Notes: generated from the sequence alone by a model not told the origin. A DNA stretch of 64,000 bases from Myxococcota bacterium (GCA_965228475.1 OZ245817.1:3808001-3872000), one strand, 5' to 3'; positions 1-11,064 are shown, numbered from the stretch's first letter. Program-made: numbers and translations.

Positions 1-1
1 C

Positions 2-580
2 GGACTGGGCTTCTTCGTGTATTTCATGGGCGGGAACATCGACGCCCTCTTCTACCCGGAACGCCTGCCGTCACCGACCTTCGGCACCGGGGGCATCCTC
101 TGGGCGAGTCTGACCCTCGCCCTGCTGACGCTCCCGGTGGTGATCGTCGCGACCGAAGAAGGCCTCGCCTCGGTCCCCCGGGCCCTGCGCGAAGGCTCGC
201 GGGCCCTGGGCGCCACGCGCTTCGAGACCCTCACGCGCGTGACCCTGCCTGCTGCGGCGCCCGGGCTCCTCACGGGCGTGATCCTGGCCATGGCCCGCGC
301 GGCCGGCGAGGTCGCCCCGCTCATGATCGTCGGCATGGTGAAGCTCGCCCCCACCCTTCCGGTGGACGGCAACTTCCCCTTCATCCACTTCGAGCGAAAG
401 TTCATGCATCTGGGCTTCCACATCTTCGACGTGGGATTCCAGAGCCCGAACGTGGAGGCGGCCAAGCCGCTGGCCTTCGCCACCACCCTGCTGATCGTCC
501 TGCTGGTCTTCGCCATGACCCTGGTGGCCATCATCGTCCGAGAGCGGCTGCGGTCCCGATTCCGCGGCCAGACGGTCTAG
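2..580 (+). CDS. pstA: phosphate ABC transporter permease PstA (5'-truncated by window edge)
   Basis: EAA-like loop (LREGSRALGATRFE), ARAAGEVAPL motif, hydrophobic helices, directly upstream of pstB. Confidence 0.93.
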   Translation, partial: GLGFFVYFMGGNIDALFYPERLPSPTFGTGGILWASLTLALLTLPVVIVATEEGLASVPRALREGSRALGATRFETLTRVTLPAAAPGLLTGVILAMARAAGEVAPLMIVGMVKLAPTLPVDGNFPFIHFERKFMHLGFHIFDVGFQSPNVEAAKPLAFATTLLIVLLVFAMTLVAIIVRERLRSRFRGQTV

Positions 581-616
581 GACGAACGAGAGCACCGGAG
601 ACGAGGAGTCAGTAGG

Positions 617-1456
617 ATGTCGGCAGAGCAACCCGAATCGAGCGTGGAGATTCTCGTGGGCGACGACCCTTCGACCGACCCGGCCCTGAACCCCCGGATC
701 GACAAGTCCGTGCTCGACGTGCGCGACCTCGACCTCTACTACGGCAACACCCAGGCGCTCATGAAGATCAACATGGGCATCGCCGAGCGCTGCGTGACGG
801 CGCTCATCGGGCCCTCGGGCTGCGGGAAGTCCACGCTGCTGCGCTGCTTCAACCGCCTGAACGACCTCGTCGACGGCGTCCGCATCGAGGGCTCGGTCGA
901 GTACCACGGCCAGGACATCTTCGCGCCGGAAGTCGACGTGAACGCGCTCCGGGCGCAGATCGGCATGGTCTTCCAGAAGTCGAACCCGTTCCCGAAGTCG
1001 GTCTACGACAACGTCGCCTACGGCCCGCGCATCCATGGCATGCGGAACCGGGCGGACCTCGATGCCACCGTCGAAGAGAGCCTGCGGGGCGCCGCCCTCT
1101 GGGACGAGGTCAAGGACCGGCTCAAGGACAGCGCCCTCGGGCTCTCGGGTGGCCAGCAGCAGCGCCTCTGCATCGCCCGCGCCATCGCCGTCCAGCCCGA
1201 GGTCATCCTGCTCGACGAACCCTGTTCTGCCCTCGACCCCATCGCCACGGCGAAGATCGAGGAGCTGATCGCAGAGCTCAAGGAGCGCTACACGCTGATC
1301 ATCGTGACGCACAGCCTTCAGCAGGCAGGGCGCGTCTCGGACTTCACCGCCTTCCTCTACCTCGGCGAGCTGATCGAGTACGGCGAGACCGAGGAGCTGT
1401 TCGTGCGGCCCAAGAAGAAGCAGACCGAGGACTACATCACCGGCCGCTTCGGCTGA
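617..1456 (+). CDS. pstB: phosphate ABC transporter ATP-binding protein PstB
   Basis: Walker [45 protein letters not shown]-terminal [19 protein letters not shown]. Confidence 0.97.
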   Translation: MSAEQPESSVEILVGDDPSTDPALNPRIDKSVLDVRDLDLYYGNTQALMKINMGIAERCVTALIGPSGCGKSTLLRCFNRLNDLVDGVRIEGSVEYHGQDIFAPEVDVNALRAQIGMVFQKSNPFPKSVYDNVAYGPRIHGMRNRADLDATVEESLRGAALWDEVKDRLKDSALGLSGGQQQRLCIARAIAVQPEVILLDEPCSALDPIATAKIEELIAELKERYTLIIVTHSLQQAGRVSDFTAFLYLGELIEYGETEELFVRPKKKQTEDYITGRFG

Positions 1457-1483
1457 TCTCCCGCCGGGCCGTTCCCGGCGCAG

Positions 1484-1539
1484 CCTTCACCATTCCGTCA
1501 CACAAACGGACCCGGTTTCTCAACCGATCCGCCTAGATT
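1484..1539 (+). promoter_or_regulatory. putative Pho-box array and -10 element upstream of porin gene
   Basis: Units CTTCAC(1485), CGTCAC(1496), CGGACC(1507), TCTCAA(1518) at 11-bp phase, then TAGATT at 1534; phoBR adjacent. Confidence 0.5.
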
Positions 1540-1604
1540 TCCACACGATTTCGTCATCGTATGCGGAGGTCGCCGACCTCCAGGAAATCTAGGAGGTGAT
1601 TCCA

Positions 1605-2957
1605 GTGCAACGAGGAAACCGGCGGCTCGGCGCCGCGCTGGCGGCCTGGGCGGGCTTCGGCTTCGCCCTCGGGTTCGCGCCCGACGCCGCACACGCGACA
1701 GAGGACACTTCGCTCCACGACCTGATCGTCGTCCTGAAGGAGCGCGGTGCCATCGGAGAGGACGACTACGAGGCCATCGCGGCCAAGAACGCCGCCTACG
1801 AGGCCAAGCAGCGGCAGGACCGCAAGCCGAAGCTCACCTTCTGGGGCGACTTCCGGGCCCGCTATGAAGGCATCTTCTTCAACAAGGACGAAACGGGCGT
1901 CGAGCGGACCAACCGCCACCGCGGCCGCTACCGGTTCCGGTTGAACGGCAAGGCCGAGATCAACTCGCGCGCCCAGGTCATCTTCCGCCTCGTCTCGGGT
2001 GCTCCGGACAACCGCAGCGCGAACCAGAGCTTCGGCACGGCCCTCGACTTCGACACCGACCCGTTCTCGATCGACCGGGCCTACGCCCGCCTCTCGCCGT
2101 TTCCCGGCGGGCGTCTGGGCGAGAACGGCCACCTCGCCGTCGAGATCGGCAAGGTCCCGAACCCCTACGTCTGGAAGAAGGGGCGCGACGTGATGCACTG
2201 GGACCACGACATCTCGCTCGAGGGCGCGACCATCCGGGCCGGCACGCACGTCTCGGAGAACACCGAACTCTTCTTCAACGGTGGCTACTACGTCATCGAC
2301 GAGAACTCCCGCGACAAGGACCCGCACCTGTGGGCGGGGCAGATCGGCGTCCTCTCCGAGCCGGGCGAGTCGGTGGAGTTCGGTGCCCGGGCGACGTACT
2401 ACCACTTCGACTCCCTCGACCCGGAGTTCCACCTGCGCGGCGTAGATGGCACGGGCGGCATCACCAGCGCGGGGGGCAACATCATCGACGGGCTCTCGGG
2501 CGGCGTCGGCGGACAGAACGTCCAGGTCGTCTCGGCCACGGCCTACGTGGCCATGCTCACGGACACGAGCTGGCCGGTGCTCCTCTTCGGAACGTGGTCG
2601 AACAATCTGACGGCCGAGAAGTCGTCGCTCACGATCGCCGAGCAGGAAGACATCGCCTGGGGCGGCGGCGTCGAGATCGGCAACAAGAAGAAGTACGTGA
2701 AGCTCGGCGTCGGCTACTGGCACATCGAGGCCAACGCCTTCCCGTCCCAGTTCATCGACAGCAACATCACCGACGGACGGACCAACCGGGAAGGATGGGT
2801 CGTCTACGCGTCGCGTGCGATCCTGAAGAACACGGACCTGAACCTCACCGCGTTCTTCTCCGACGAGATCAACGACAACGTCCCGCCCTTCGGCGACTCG
2901 GTGCCGAACGCAGACCGCGTCCGCGTCCAGGCGGACCTGGTCTTCAAGTTCAAGTAG
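1605..2957 (+). CDS. putative outer-membrane porin (beta-barrel), probably phosphate-regulated
   Basis: Signal peptide, short coiled segment, then GDFRARYE and amphipathic beta strands ending QADLVFKFK; AGGAGG RBS at 1591 favours GTG 1605. Confidence 0.8.
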   Translation: MQRGNRRLGAALAAWAGFGFALGFAPDAAHATEDTSLHDLIVVLKERGAIGEDDYEAIAAKNAAYEAKQRQDRKPKLTFWGDFRARYEGIFFNKDETGVERTNRHRGRYRFRLNGKAEINSRAQVIFRLVSGAPDNRSANQSFGTALDFDTDPFSIDRAYARLSPFPGGRLGENGHLAVEIGKVPNPYVWKKGRDVMHWDHDISLEGATIRAGTHVSENTELFFNGGYYVIDENSRDKDPHLWAGQIGVLSEPGESVEFGARATYYHFDSLDPEFHLRGVDGTGGITSAGGNIIDGLSGGVGGQNVQVVSATAYVAMLTDTSWPVLLFGTWSNNLTAEKSSLTIAEQEDIAWGGGVEIGNKKKYVKLGVGYWHIEANAFPSQFIDSNITDGRTNREGWVVYASRAILKNTDLNLTAFFSDEINDNVPPFGDSVPNADRVRVQADLVFKFK

Positions 2958-4752
2958 GGGACGTTCCGTCCGAGGTGCGTTCGGGGCTCGGCCCTTCCGC
3001 TCGCGGCAGCGTGAAGCGGAAGGTCGAGCCCCGTCCGACCTCGCTCTCCATCTGGATCGTGCCCCCCTGGCCCTGCACCAGGTGCTTCACGATGGCGAGC
3101 CCGAGCCCCGTCCCGCCCAGATCCCGCGACCGCGCCTTGTCGACGCGATAGAAGCGCTCGAAGATGCGCTCCCGGTCGTCCGCCGGAACGCCGATGCCGT
3201 CGTCGGTGACCTCGACGGACACGTAGCCCCCGGCCTCCTCGACGCGAACCTGGATCTCTCCGCCGGGCTCCGTGTACTTGATCGCGTTGTCGACCAGGTT
3301 CACCAGGATCTGCTGAACGGCGCCCTGGTCGGCCCGCGCAACGGGGTGCCCCCGGCGCTCGACCGAGGCGACGAGATCCTTCTCGGCGATCGCGCCCTGG
3401 AGATCCTCGATCAGGGTGCCCGCGAGTTCGGCGACGTCGATCTCGGCGAGCTCCGGCTCGACCGCCCGGCTCTCGACCTTCGAAAGTTCGAGCAGATCCG
3501 CAACGAGGTGGGTGAGCCGCTCGGCGTGCCGATCGATCACCTCGAGGTATCGGCGCTGATCGTCCTCTCCGAGGTTCCGGTTCGAAAGGAGCGTCTCGGC
3601 GAATCCGCCGATCGCCGCCAGGGGCGTCCGGAGCTCGTGCGAAGCGTTGGCGACGAAGTCGCGCCGGACCTGCTCGAGCCGGACGATGTCCGTCACGTCG
3701 TGGAAGGCCGCCACGGTGCCGAGGGGCCGGCTCGCGCCGCGCGGGTAGCGAACGGCCTGGACCCGCAGCACCCGCTCGACGGGCATCGCGATCTGGACTT
3801 CGCCGGTGGCCGGCTCGTCGCGGCGGGCGGCCTCGGCGAGGAGGTCGTCGAGCGTGGCGTTGCGAAGCACTTCGAGGAAGGGCCGTCCGACGACGCGTTC
3901 GGAGATCGAGAAGAACTCCTGCGCGCGGTCGTTCACCAGAACGATCTTGCCGTGGAGATCGACCACGATGACGGCCTCGACCATGCCGTTCAGCACGGCG
4001 CCGAGGCGCTCCTTCTCCTGGGTCGCCTCTTCGAGCTGAAGGCGAAGCTGCTCGGCCATGCGGTCGATCGCGCCGGCGATCGGGTCGAGATCGTCTCCGG
4101 CGTGCCGCCGCACGCGCTGGGAGAAGTCCCCCTCGGCGACGCGGATCGCCACCTGCCCCATGTGTGCGACCGCCCGGGCGTTCGAACGCGCCAGCACCCA
4201 GCCGAGGCCCAGGGCGGCGAGGAGGCCAACGGCGAGCGCCTGGAGGAGCCAGCGGTCGAGGGCCAGGGCGGAACGGTCCTCCCCGAGCGGGACCGCCAGG
4301 CGAATCACGCCGTCGCCGCTCCGCGTCGGGACCGCCACGTAGAGAAGCTCGCGGCCGACCGAGGCGCTCCGGCGGACGGCGGATCCCCGGCCGTCCGAGA
4401 GAGCCGCAGCGATCTCGGGCCGGTCGGCGTGGTTGGCGAACCGATCGACCTGTCCGGGCGGGAGCGCCGAATCCGAGACGACCGTGCCGTCCCGTCGGAT
4501 CAGGGTCACCCGCGCGCCGGAGGCATCGGCGAACGGGCGGATGGCGGCGTCGAGCTCGGCCATCGAAGCCGTCTCGAGGGCGAATCGCGCCAGGGCGGCG
4601 CGCAGGTCGGGAAGGGCCGTCTCGAGCTCGAGGCGACGGACCTCGAGCGCACGGGCGGAGAACTCGCGCCGCGCCTGGAGCCCGACCACCGCCACGACGA
4701 GCACCACCAGGGCGGCCAGGCAGGCGACGAGCTTCCACGGACTACGGGCCAT
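2950..4752 (-). CDS. phoR: phosphate regulon sensor histidine kinase PhoR (HAMP-PAS-HisKA-HATPase)
   Basis: RRDFVANASHELRTPL H-box, NLVDNAIKY N-box, FYRVDKARSR..GGTGLGLAIVKH; next to phoB and pst genes. Confidence 0.88.
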   Translation of the reverse strand: MARSPWKLVACLAALVVLVVAVVGLQARREFSARALEVRRLELETALPDLRAALARFALETASMAELDAAIRPFADASGARVTLIRRDGTVVSDSALPPGQVDRFANHADRPEIAAALSDGRGSAVRRSASVGRELLYVAVPTRSGDGVIRLAVPLGEDRSALALDRWLLQALAVGLLAALGLGWVLARSNARAVAHMGQVAIRVAEGDFSQRVRRHAGDDLDPIAGAIDRMAEQLRLQLEEATQEKERLGAVLNGMVEAVIVVDLHGKIVLVNDRAQEFFSISERVVGRPFLEVLRNATLDDLLAEAARRDEPATGEVQIAMPVERVLRVQAVRYPRGASRPLGTVAAFHDVTDIVRLEQVRRDFVANASHELRTPLAAIGGFAETLLSNRNLGEDDQRRYLEVIDRHAERLTHLVADLLELSKVESRAVEPELAEIDVAELAGTLIEDLQGAIAEKDLVASVERRGHPVARADQGAVQQILVNLVDNAIKYTEPGGEIQVRVEEAGGYVSVEVTDDGIGVPADDRERIFERFYRVDKARSRDLGGTGLGLAIVKHLVQGQGGTIQMESEVGRGSTFRFTLPRAEGPSPERTSDGTSPT

Positions 4753-4808
4753 GGCGAGAGGGTATCAGACGGGCCTCTGGCGCCGGGAGGAGGCCACCCG
4801 CGCCCGCC

Positions 4809-5489
<681 letters not shown>

Positions 5490-5635
5490 GACGCCCGGAT
5501 GATATCAACCGGACCCTGCGCTGGAACGCCCGCTCCCCAACGCCCGCGAGAAGACCCCGTTCCGTAACGGCTTTGTCACTCTGCGAGGGGCCCGGCTCCT
5601 GTGGTACACCCTCTCGCGTCGGGAGGATGCCCACC

Positions 5636-6121
5636 ATGGATCTCGAAGCGATCGAGGCGATCAAGCGGGTCAAATTCAAGTACATGCGCTGCCTCGACCA
5701 GAAGCGCTGGGACGAGATCGGCGAGTGCTTCACCGAGGATGCAACCGCCGCGTACAGCGGCGGCAAATACTCCTTCGACGGGCGCGAGGCGATCGTCGAG
5801 TTCCTGCGCAAGGCGATGGGGGCCGAGAGCTTCCTCTCCTGCCACCGGGTCTCGCACCCGGAGATCGACGTCGCCGGCGACGCCGCGACCGGGACCTGGG
5901 CCCTCGAGGACACCGTGATCGAGACCCAGTGGGGCATCACGATCCGCGGCGCCGCCTTCTACGAGGACCGCTACGTCCGAACGCCCGCGGGTTGGCGCAT
6001 CCAGCACACCGGATACCTCCGGACCTACGAAGAGATCCAGCCGCGCGCCAGCGTCGAGGGCCTGAAGCTCACCGCCCACTGGTGGAAGACGAACGGCCAG
6101 AGCGAGCTCGACATCGGGTAG
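5636..6121 (+). CDS. NTF2/SnoaL-like protein (BaiE/scytalone dehydratase-like)
   Basis: AIKRVKFKYMRCLDQKRW, HRVSHPEI, ATGTW, YEDRY pattern; GGAGG RBS at 5622. Confidence 0.8.
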   Translation: MDLEAIEAIKRVKFKYMRCLDQKRWDEIGECFTEDATAAYSGGKYSFDGREAIVEFLRKAMGAESFLSCHRVSHPEIDVAGDAATGTWALEDTVIETQWGITIRGAAFYEDRYVRTPAGWRIQHTGYLRTYEEIQPRASVEGLKLTAHWWKTNGQSELDIG

Positions 6122-6193
6122 CACCCGTCGGCGCGCACGACGGCCCGAGCGGCAGCCCTGCTAGACTGCGGCGCGGTTCCGAGGAGGCAACGC

Positions 6194-7219
6194 GTGGCAT
6201 CTCTCAAGTTGGGGATTCAGTTCGGGTACTGGGGCGCGCAGCCCCACACGAATTTCGTCGAGCTGGCCCAGGAGGCCGAGCGGCTCGGGTACGACTCGGT
6301 CTACACGGCCGAGGCCTGGGGCTCGGACTGCTTCTCGCCGCTGGCCTGGATCGGCGCCCACACCGAACGCATCCGGCTCGGCACGGCCGTCTGCCAGCTC
6401 TCGGCCCGCACGCCGACCGCGACCGCCATGGCCACGCTGACCCTCGACCACCTCACGAAGGGCCGCATGATCCTCGGCCTCGGCGTCTCGGGCCCCCAGG
6501 TCGTCGAAGGCTGGTACGGACAGCCCTTCTCGAAGCCCCTCGCCCGCACGCGCGAGTACATCGACATCGTGCGGCAGGTGCTGCGCCGCGAGGGGCCGGT
6601 CGCGAACGACGGCCCGCACTACCCGCTCCCCCTGCCGAGGGACGCGGAAGGCGCCTGGGGTCTGGGCAAGCCGCTGCGCTCGATCACCCACCCGCTGCGG
6701 GCGGACGTGCCCATCTTCATGGGCGCGGAGGGCCCGAAGAACGTCGCCCTCGCGGCGGAGATCGCCGACGGCTGGCTGCCGCTCTACTACTCGCCCTTCC
6801 GCGAGGAGGTCTACGCGGATTCGCTCGCCCACGCGAAGCCGGGCTTCGAGATCACCCAGTTCGTGCTCGCCAACATCCACGACGACGTCGAGACCGCCCT
6901 TGCACCCGTGAAGGCGATGCTCGGCTTCTACATCGGTGGCATGGGCGCGAAGAAGCAGAACTTCCACAAGAACCTGATGGGGCGGATGGGCTTCGAAGCC
7001 GAGGCCGACAAGATCCAGGAGCTCTTCTTCGAGGGGAAGCGGGACGAGGCCATCGCCATCGTGCCGAGCGAGTTCGCCGACGAGATCTCCCTGTGTGGGC
7101 CCGTCGACCGCATCCGTGACCGCGTCCAGGCCTGGAAGGAGAGCGCGGTCACGAGCCTGCTGCTCACGCCGACCGATCCGGGGACGATGCGCACCATGGC
7201 CGAGCTGGTTCTTTCCTAG
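6194..7219 (+). CDS. LLM-class (probably F420-dependent) oxidoreductase
   Basis: AEAWGSD, GLGVSGPQVVEGWYG, GAEGPKNV..EIADGW; GAGGAGG RBS. Confidence 0.88.
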   Translation: MASLKLGIQFGYWGAQPHTNFVELAQEAERLGYDSVYTAEAWGSDCFSPLAWIGAHTERIRLGTAVCQLSARTPTATAMATLTLDHLTKGRMILGLGVSGPQVVEGWYGQPFSKPLARTREYIDIVRQVLRREGPVANDGPHYPLPLPRDAEGAWGLGKPLRSITHPLRADVPIFMGAEGPKNVALAAEIADGWLPLYYSPFREEVYADSLAHAKPGFEITQFVLANIHDDVETALAPVKAMLGFYIGGMGAKKQNFHKNLMGRMGFEAEADKIQELFFEGKRDEAIAIVPSEFADEISLCGPVDRIRDRVQAWKESAVTSLLLTPTDPGTMRTMAELVLS

Positions 7220-7223
7220 GGAG

Positions 7224-8345
7224 ATGCGGACGCTCGGAGTCCTACTGGCGGTGCTCCTGGCCGGGCCCGTGCACGTCGCCCTCGCAGCGACGCCCGAAGA
7301 GACCCGCGAGCACTGCACCGATTGGGTCGAGCAGCGGATCGAGCTCCGGCACATCCCCCGGGACGAGATCGACGGGGCGGACATCTGCGCCCGCTTCGCC
7401 GCCGCCGTCGCCGACGGCCTCCCGCGCGTGCGCTGGGGCCCGTGGATGCACCGCGAGATGATCGACGCGGAGTTCCGCTTCGCGCCGAAGGGCGCCCGCC
7501 ACGCGGCAGGAGCCCGCTACCGCTTCCCCTACCAGCCCTGGATCCCGCGGCTCGCGGGCCAGGGGCCGGGCGGCGAGACCCACGACACCCCCGAGGATCA
7601 CTTCGCCTACGACTTCCTGATGCCGCGCGGCGCGCTGGTGCAGGCGGCGCGCGAGGGAACCGTCGCCGCGGTGCGGGATGGATCGACGGCCCGGAACGTC
7701 ACCGAGCGCTCCGGCGACAGCGGGAACGCCGTGATGGTGCTCCACGAGGACGGCACCTTCGCCCTCTACGCACACCTGGAGCCGGGGATCCCCGTCAAGC
7801 GCGGGCAGAAGGTGAAACGCGGCACCGTGCTCGGACTGGCCGGGAACACGGGCTTCGCGAAAGGCTCCCATCTTCATTTCGTCGTTCGCGCGCGCAACGC
7901 CGAAGGGGACCTCATCTCGGTCCCGGTGCGGTTCGGACGCCCGGGCACGCCCGGCCAGGAGATCCAGGTCGGCCAACACTACGGAAGAATCCCGACCGGC
8001 AAGAGGCGGCTCGCCGTCCGGGTCGACGGGGTGGAAGCCAACAACGGCAGCCCGATGACGGTCCGAGAAGGCGACACGCTCGCCGTCGAGGTCCGGATGG
8101 GCGGAACCGACGTCACCGGGAGCGATCGCCTGCGCTTCGAAACGATGACGCTCTGGAGCCTCGACGGCACGGAGGCCCCGCGGCTGCGCGTCCGGCCGGA
8201 CCCGAGCGTCCCGACCGAGTTCGTCCTCGAGAGCATCCCGGACAAGAACCGCAGCGAGGGACTCCTCTTCGTGTACCACGGCGAGCCGTGGGACACCGAC
8301 TTCGGCCTCTTCCAACTCCGCTTCACGATCGAGAAAGGCTCATGA
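7224..8345 (+). CDS. secreted M23-family metallopeptidase
   Basis: Signal peptide; H..AYDF, AAREG.V, YAHL, GNTG...HLHF motifs. Confidence 0.8.
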   Translation: MRTLGVLLAVLLAGPVHVALAATPEETREHCTDWVEQRIELRHIPRDEIDGADICARFAAAVADGLPRVRWGPWMHREMIDAEFRFAPKGARHAAGARYRFPYQPWIPRLAGQGPGGETHDTPEDHFAYDFLMPRGALVQAAREGTVAAVRDGSTARNVTERSGDSGNAVMVLHEDGTFALYAHLEPGIPVKRGQKVKRGTVLGLAGNTGFAKGSHLHFVVRARNAEGDLISVPVRFGRPGTPGQEIQVGQHYGRIPTGKRRLAVRVDGVEANNGSPMTVREGDTLAVEVRMGGTDVTGSDRLRFETMTLWSLDGTEAPRLRVRPDPSVPTEFVLESIPDKNRSEGLLFVYHGEPWDTDFGLFQLRFTIEKGS

Positions 8346-8773
8346 GCTCTCGCATCCTCGCCACCCTCTTCTTTCTTCCCCTTTCGCTCGCTCCCCTCCC
8401 CGTCCACGGCGACGACGTCTCCGCGCCGCGCCGCTTCACGCGCGTCCCGGCACCGGAGGGCGTGCAGATCCGCCGGTTCAACAAGACGGAAGGCGAGAGC
8501 CCGGAGAAAGGAGGCCGCGTCACGGTGCACTACCACGGCACGCTCCCCGACGGCCGGGTCTTCGACAGCACCCGCCGCCGCGGGCGACCGGCGTCCTTCC
8601 GCCTCGACGGGGTGATCGAATGCTGGAAGATCGCCCTGCCCCGGCTGCGCGTCGGCGAGAAGGCCGAGATCATCTGCCCGCCCGACGTCGCCTACGGCGG
8701 GAAGGGCTCGCCCCCGACCATTCCCGGTAACGCCCGACTCAAATTCGAGGTCGAGCTGCTCGGCGTCGACTGA
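8342..8773 (+). CDS. FKBP-type peptidyl-prolyl cis-trans isomerase (exported)
   Basis: VTVHYHGTL.DGRVFDS, VIECW, AYG, IPGNARLKFEVELL; ATGA overlap with upstream gene. Confidence 0.92.
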   Translation: MSSRILATLFFLPLSLAPLPVHGDDVSAPRRFTRVPAPEGVQIRRFNKTEGESPEKGGRVTVHYHGTLPDGRVFDSTRRRGRPASFRLDGVIECWKIALPRLRVGEKAEIICPPDVAYGGKGSPPTIPGNARLKFEVELLGVD

Positions 8774-8851
8774 TCCGCAGCGCGGTTCCGCCCGTCTGGT
8801 TTGATCGTTCCAGAGCAAATGGGTTCTTCTTGGCTTCGCCGGGGAGGAACC

Positions 8852-10624
8852 ATGCGCACACTTCGACTCGCTTTCATCACGACGATCACGTTCGGTCTGG
8901 CTCCGAGCCCGGCCGCCGCCGCCACCTACGTCGTCAACAGCACACAGGACCGGGTCGACGCCGCGCCCGGCAACGGCGTGTGCGCCGACGTCTTCGGGCT
9001 CTGCACGCTGCGGGCCGCCGTCCAGGAAGCGAACGCCACGCCGACGACCTTCTTCCACGTCGCGCAGCTCGCGCCGGGTGCGCTCTACGATCTCTCGAAT
9101 ACCGGCGCGGGGGAAGACGGCTCCGTGACGGGCGACCTCGACGTCCGGACGAACCTCGCCGTCTGGGTGCCGGGCGGCCCGACGGGCGCCCGCGCCGAGG
9201 TCCGCGGCCTTTCGGCGGATCGCGTCTTCGACGTCCACCCGGGCCACTATCTCTACCTCTATCAGGTGGACGTCACCGGCGGTGCGGTCGCTTCGCCGGC
9301 CCGCGGCGGCGCGATCCGCGCCCGCGACGCCCAGATCTTCACCCGCTACAGCCGCGTAGCCTCGAGCCGGGCTGGCAACGGCGGCTGCATTTCGCTCGAC
9401 GGCGGGAGCAAGGGCCTCCTCGACGCGACCCTCGTCACCAAGTGCCAGGCACCGGCCGGCGCCGGCGGTGCCATCTGGGCCTCCGCCTCCCAGCTCACGC
9501 TGCAGAACGGGTCCGTCGTGTACGGCAACAGCTCGCGGTCCGGCGGCGGCATCTCCGCCGAGGTCAGCCGCATCGGAGTCTACGACGCGGTCTTCGAGCA
9601 GAACTTCTCGAGCCTCAAGTCCGGCGGGGCGATCCAGAGCGTGACGGCCAGCTCGGCCCTCGAGGTGCACCGGACCTCCTTCCTCCACAACCAGGCTTCG
9701 CACGGAGGCGCGATCCACAACTGGGGCGGAGCCGCCAACGTTTCGGACTCGTACTTTCTCGGGAACCGGACCTACGCGAGCACGCTCTACGACGGATCCG
9801 GCGGAGCGATCCTGAGCAACGCCTACTTCGCCACCACCGGGCCGGCGAGCAAGCTGACCGTCCACAACTCGCACTTCAAGTTCAACGTCGCCCAGGGGCC
9901 GGGCGGAGCGATCGCGCTCGGCAAGGACGACACGACGGCGATCACACGAACGACCTTCGAGGTGAACGTCGCGGCGGCCGGCTCGAGCCAGGACCACCAC
10001 GGCGGCGGCATCGCACAGCTCGACACCGGGGCGGCGCTGACCGTGGAGAACTCGACGTTCTCCGGCAACGCCTCCGCGGACCCGGGCGCGTACGGCGGCG
10101 GCCTCTTCAGCCAGGGCTTCGCCAACCTGCGGTACAACACGTTCTACCTGAACACGAGCATGCCGGCGCCGCCCTGGGGCTTCCCGGGCGGCGGAGACGC
10201 CATCGTCTCCCTGCTCGGCGGCTGGGGCATGGCCCACGGCAACATCTTCTTTTCGGGCGGGAGCGACGACGCCTGCGTGGGCGCCAACACGCTCACGGAC
10301 CTCGGGTTCAACCTGGCCGACGACTTCTCCTGCCTCAACCACGTGACGTCGAGCCCGTTCTTCGTCCTCCAGCCGACGCCTGCCAACCACGGCGGAGATC
10401 CGACGGCGAGCGGCAGCCCGCCGCCGACCCTCGAGATGATCTCGACCTTCTACGACGACTGGATCCCGACGGGCAGCTGCTCCGTGGCGACGGATCAGCG
10501 CGGCTTCGGACGGCCCGCGGGCGGCGGCTGCGCCGTCGGCGCCTACGAGCCCGGCGCCGTCGCGCGCAAGGCCGAGGACGGGGAAGACCCCAAGGGTGAC
10601 CCGGGCGAAGCGGGCGGACGCTAG
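8852..10624 (+). CDS. secreted CSLREA-domain / GGAI-repeat beta-helix protein with choice-of-anchor-Q-like C terminus
   Basis: VNSTQD..GNGVC..CTLRAAVQEAN, repeated GGAI and F..N motifs, terminal DQRGFGRP...CAVGAYE; GGAGG RBS. Confidence 0.82.
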   Translation: MRTLRLAFITTITFGLAPSPAAAATYVVNSTQDRVDAAPGNGVCADVFGLCTLRAAVQEANATPTTFFHVAQLAPGALYDLSNTGAGEDGSVTGDLDVRTNLAVWVPGGPTGARAEVRGLSADRVFDVHPGHYLYLYQVDVTGGAVASPARGGAIRARDAQIFTRYSRVASSRAGNGGCISLDGGSKGLLDATLVTKCQAPAGAGGAIWASASQLTLQNGSVVYGNSSRSGGGISAEVSRIGVYDAVFEQNFSSLKSGGAIQSVTASSALEVHRTSFLHNQASHGGAIHNWGGAANVSDSYFLGNRTYASTLYDGSGGAILSNAYFATTGPASKLTVHNSHFKFNVAQGPGGAIALGKDDTTAITRTTFEVNVAAAGSSQDHHGGGIAQLDTGAALTVENSTFSGNASADPGAYGGGLFSQGFANLRYNTFYLNTSMPAPPWGFPGGGDAIVSLLGGWGMAHGNIFFSGGSDDACVGANTLTDLGFNLADDFSCLNHVTSSPFFVLQPTPANHGGDPTASGSPPPTLEMISTFYDDWIPTGSCSVATDQRGFGRPAGGGCAVGAYEPGAVARKAEDGEDPKGDPGEAGGR

Positions 10625-11064
10625 GCCGGCGCCTCCTCGAAACCGAGCTCGCGCGTGCGCACGAATCGCAGCACCAGGTAGAGGGCCAGACCGATCGGTC
10701 CGAGCATCAGGGTGAAGAAGAGACACGGCACGACGAGCCAGTGCGGAATGCCGCGCCGGTGGGCGTCGCGGACCTCCCAGGCCCCGATGAAGAGATCGAA
10801 GGCCAGGTAGTGGATCCAGCCCGCGAGCACCGAGTAGGGACTCGTGAAGAGCGCCATCACGCCGGCCAACGAGCCGAAGCCGCCCCCCTCGGGCGAGAGC
10901 GGGTTCGCGAAGAGCGCGTAGGCGTAGACCAGGCCCAGGCTCACCGGGATCCACAGGCGGTGGACGAGCTTGTCGGTCCATTCCCAGCGCGGCGCGACCA
11001 TCAGCAAGAGCCAGAAGGGCATGACGGCGGTGCTGCAGATCTGGAAGATCAGGTCGGGGCTCAT
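10621..11064 (-). CDS. ABA4-like (DUF4281) membrane protein
   Basis: W.LL...P.W..T, AGWIHYLAFDLFIG, TLMLGPIGL motifs. Confidence 0.88.
   Translation of the reverse strand: MSPDLIFQICSTAVMPFWLLLMVAPRWEWTDKLVHRLWIPVSLGLVYAYALFANPLSPEGGGFGSLAGVMALFTSPYSVLAGWIHYLAFDLFIGAWEVRDAHRRGIPHWLVVPCLFFTLMLGPIGLALYLVLRFVRTRELGFEEAPA

Noticed and set aside
7979..10981. 1000-aa minus-strand ORF and similar long ORFs (52304..55462, 55377..58295, 61291..63939, 16180..18363)
   Set aside because: Antisense or off-frame shadows of well-supported genes; Arg/Pro/Gly-rich and motif-free, as expected at high GC
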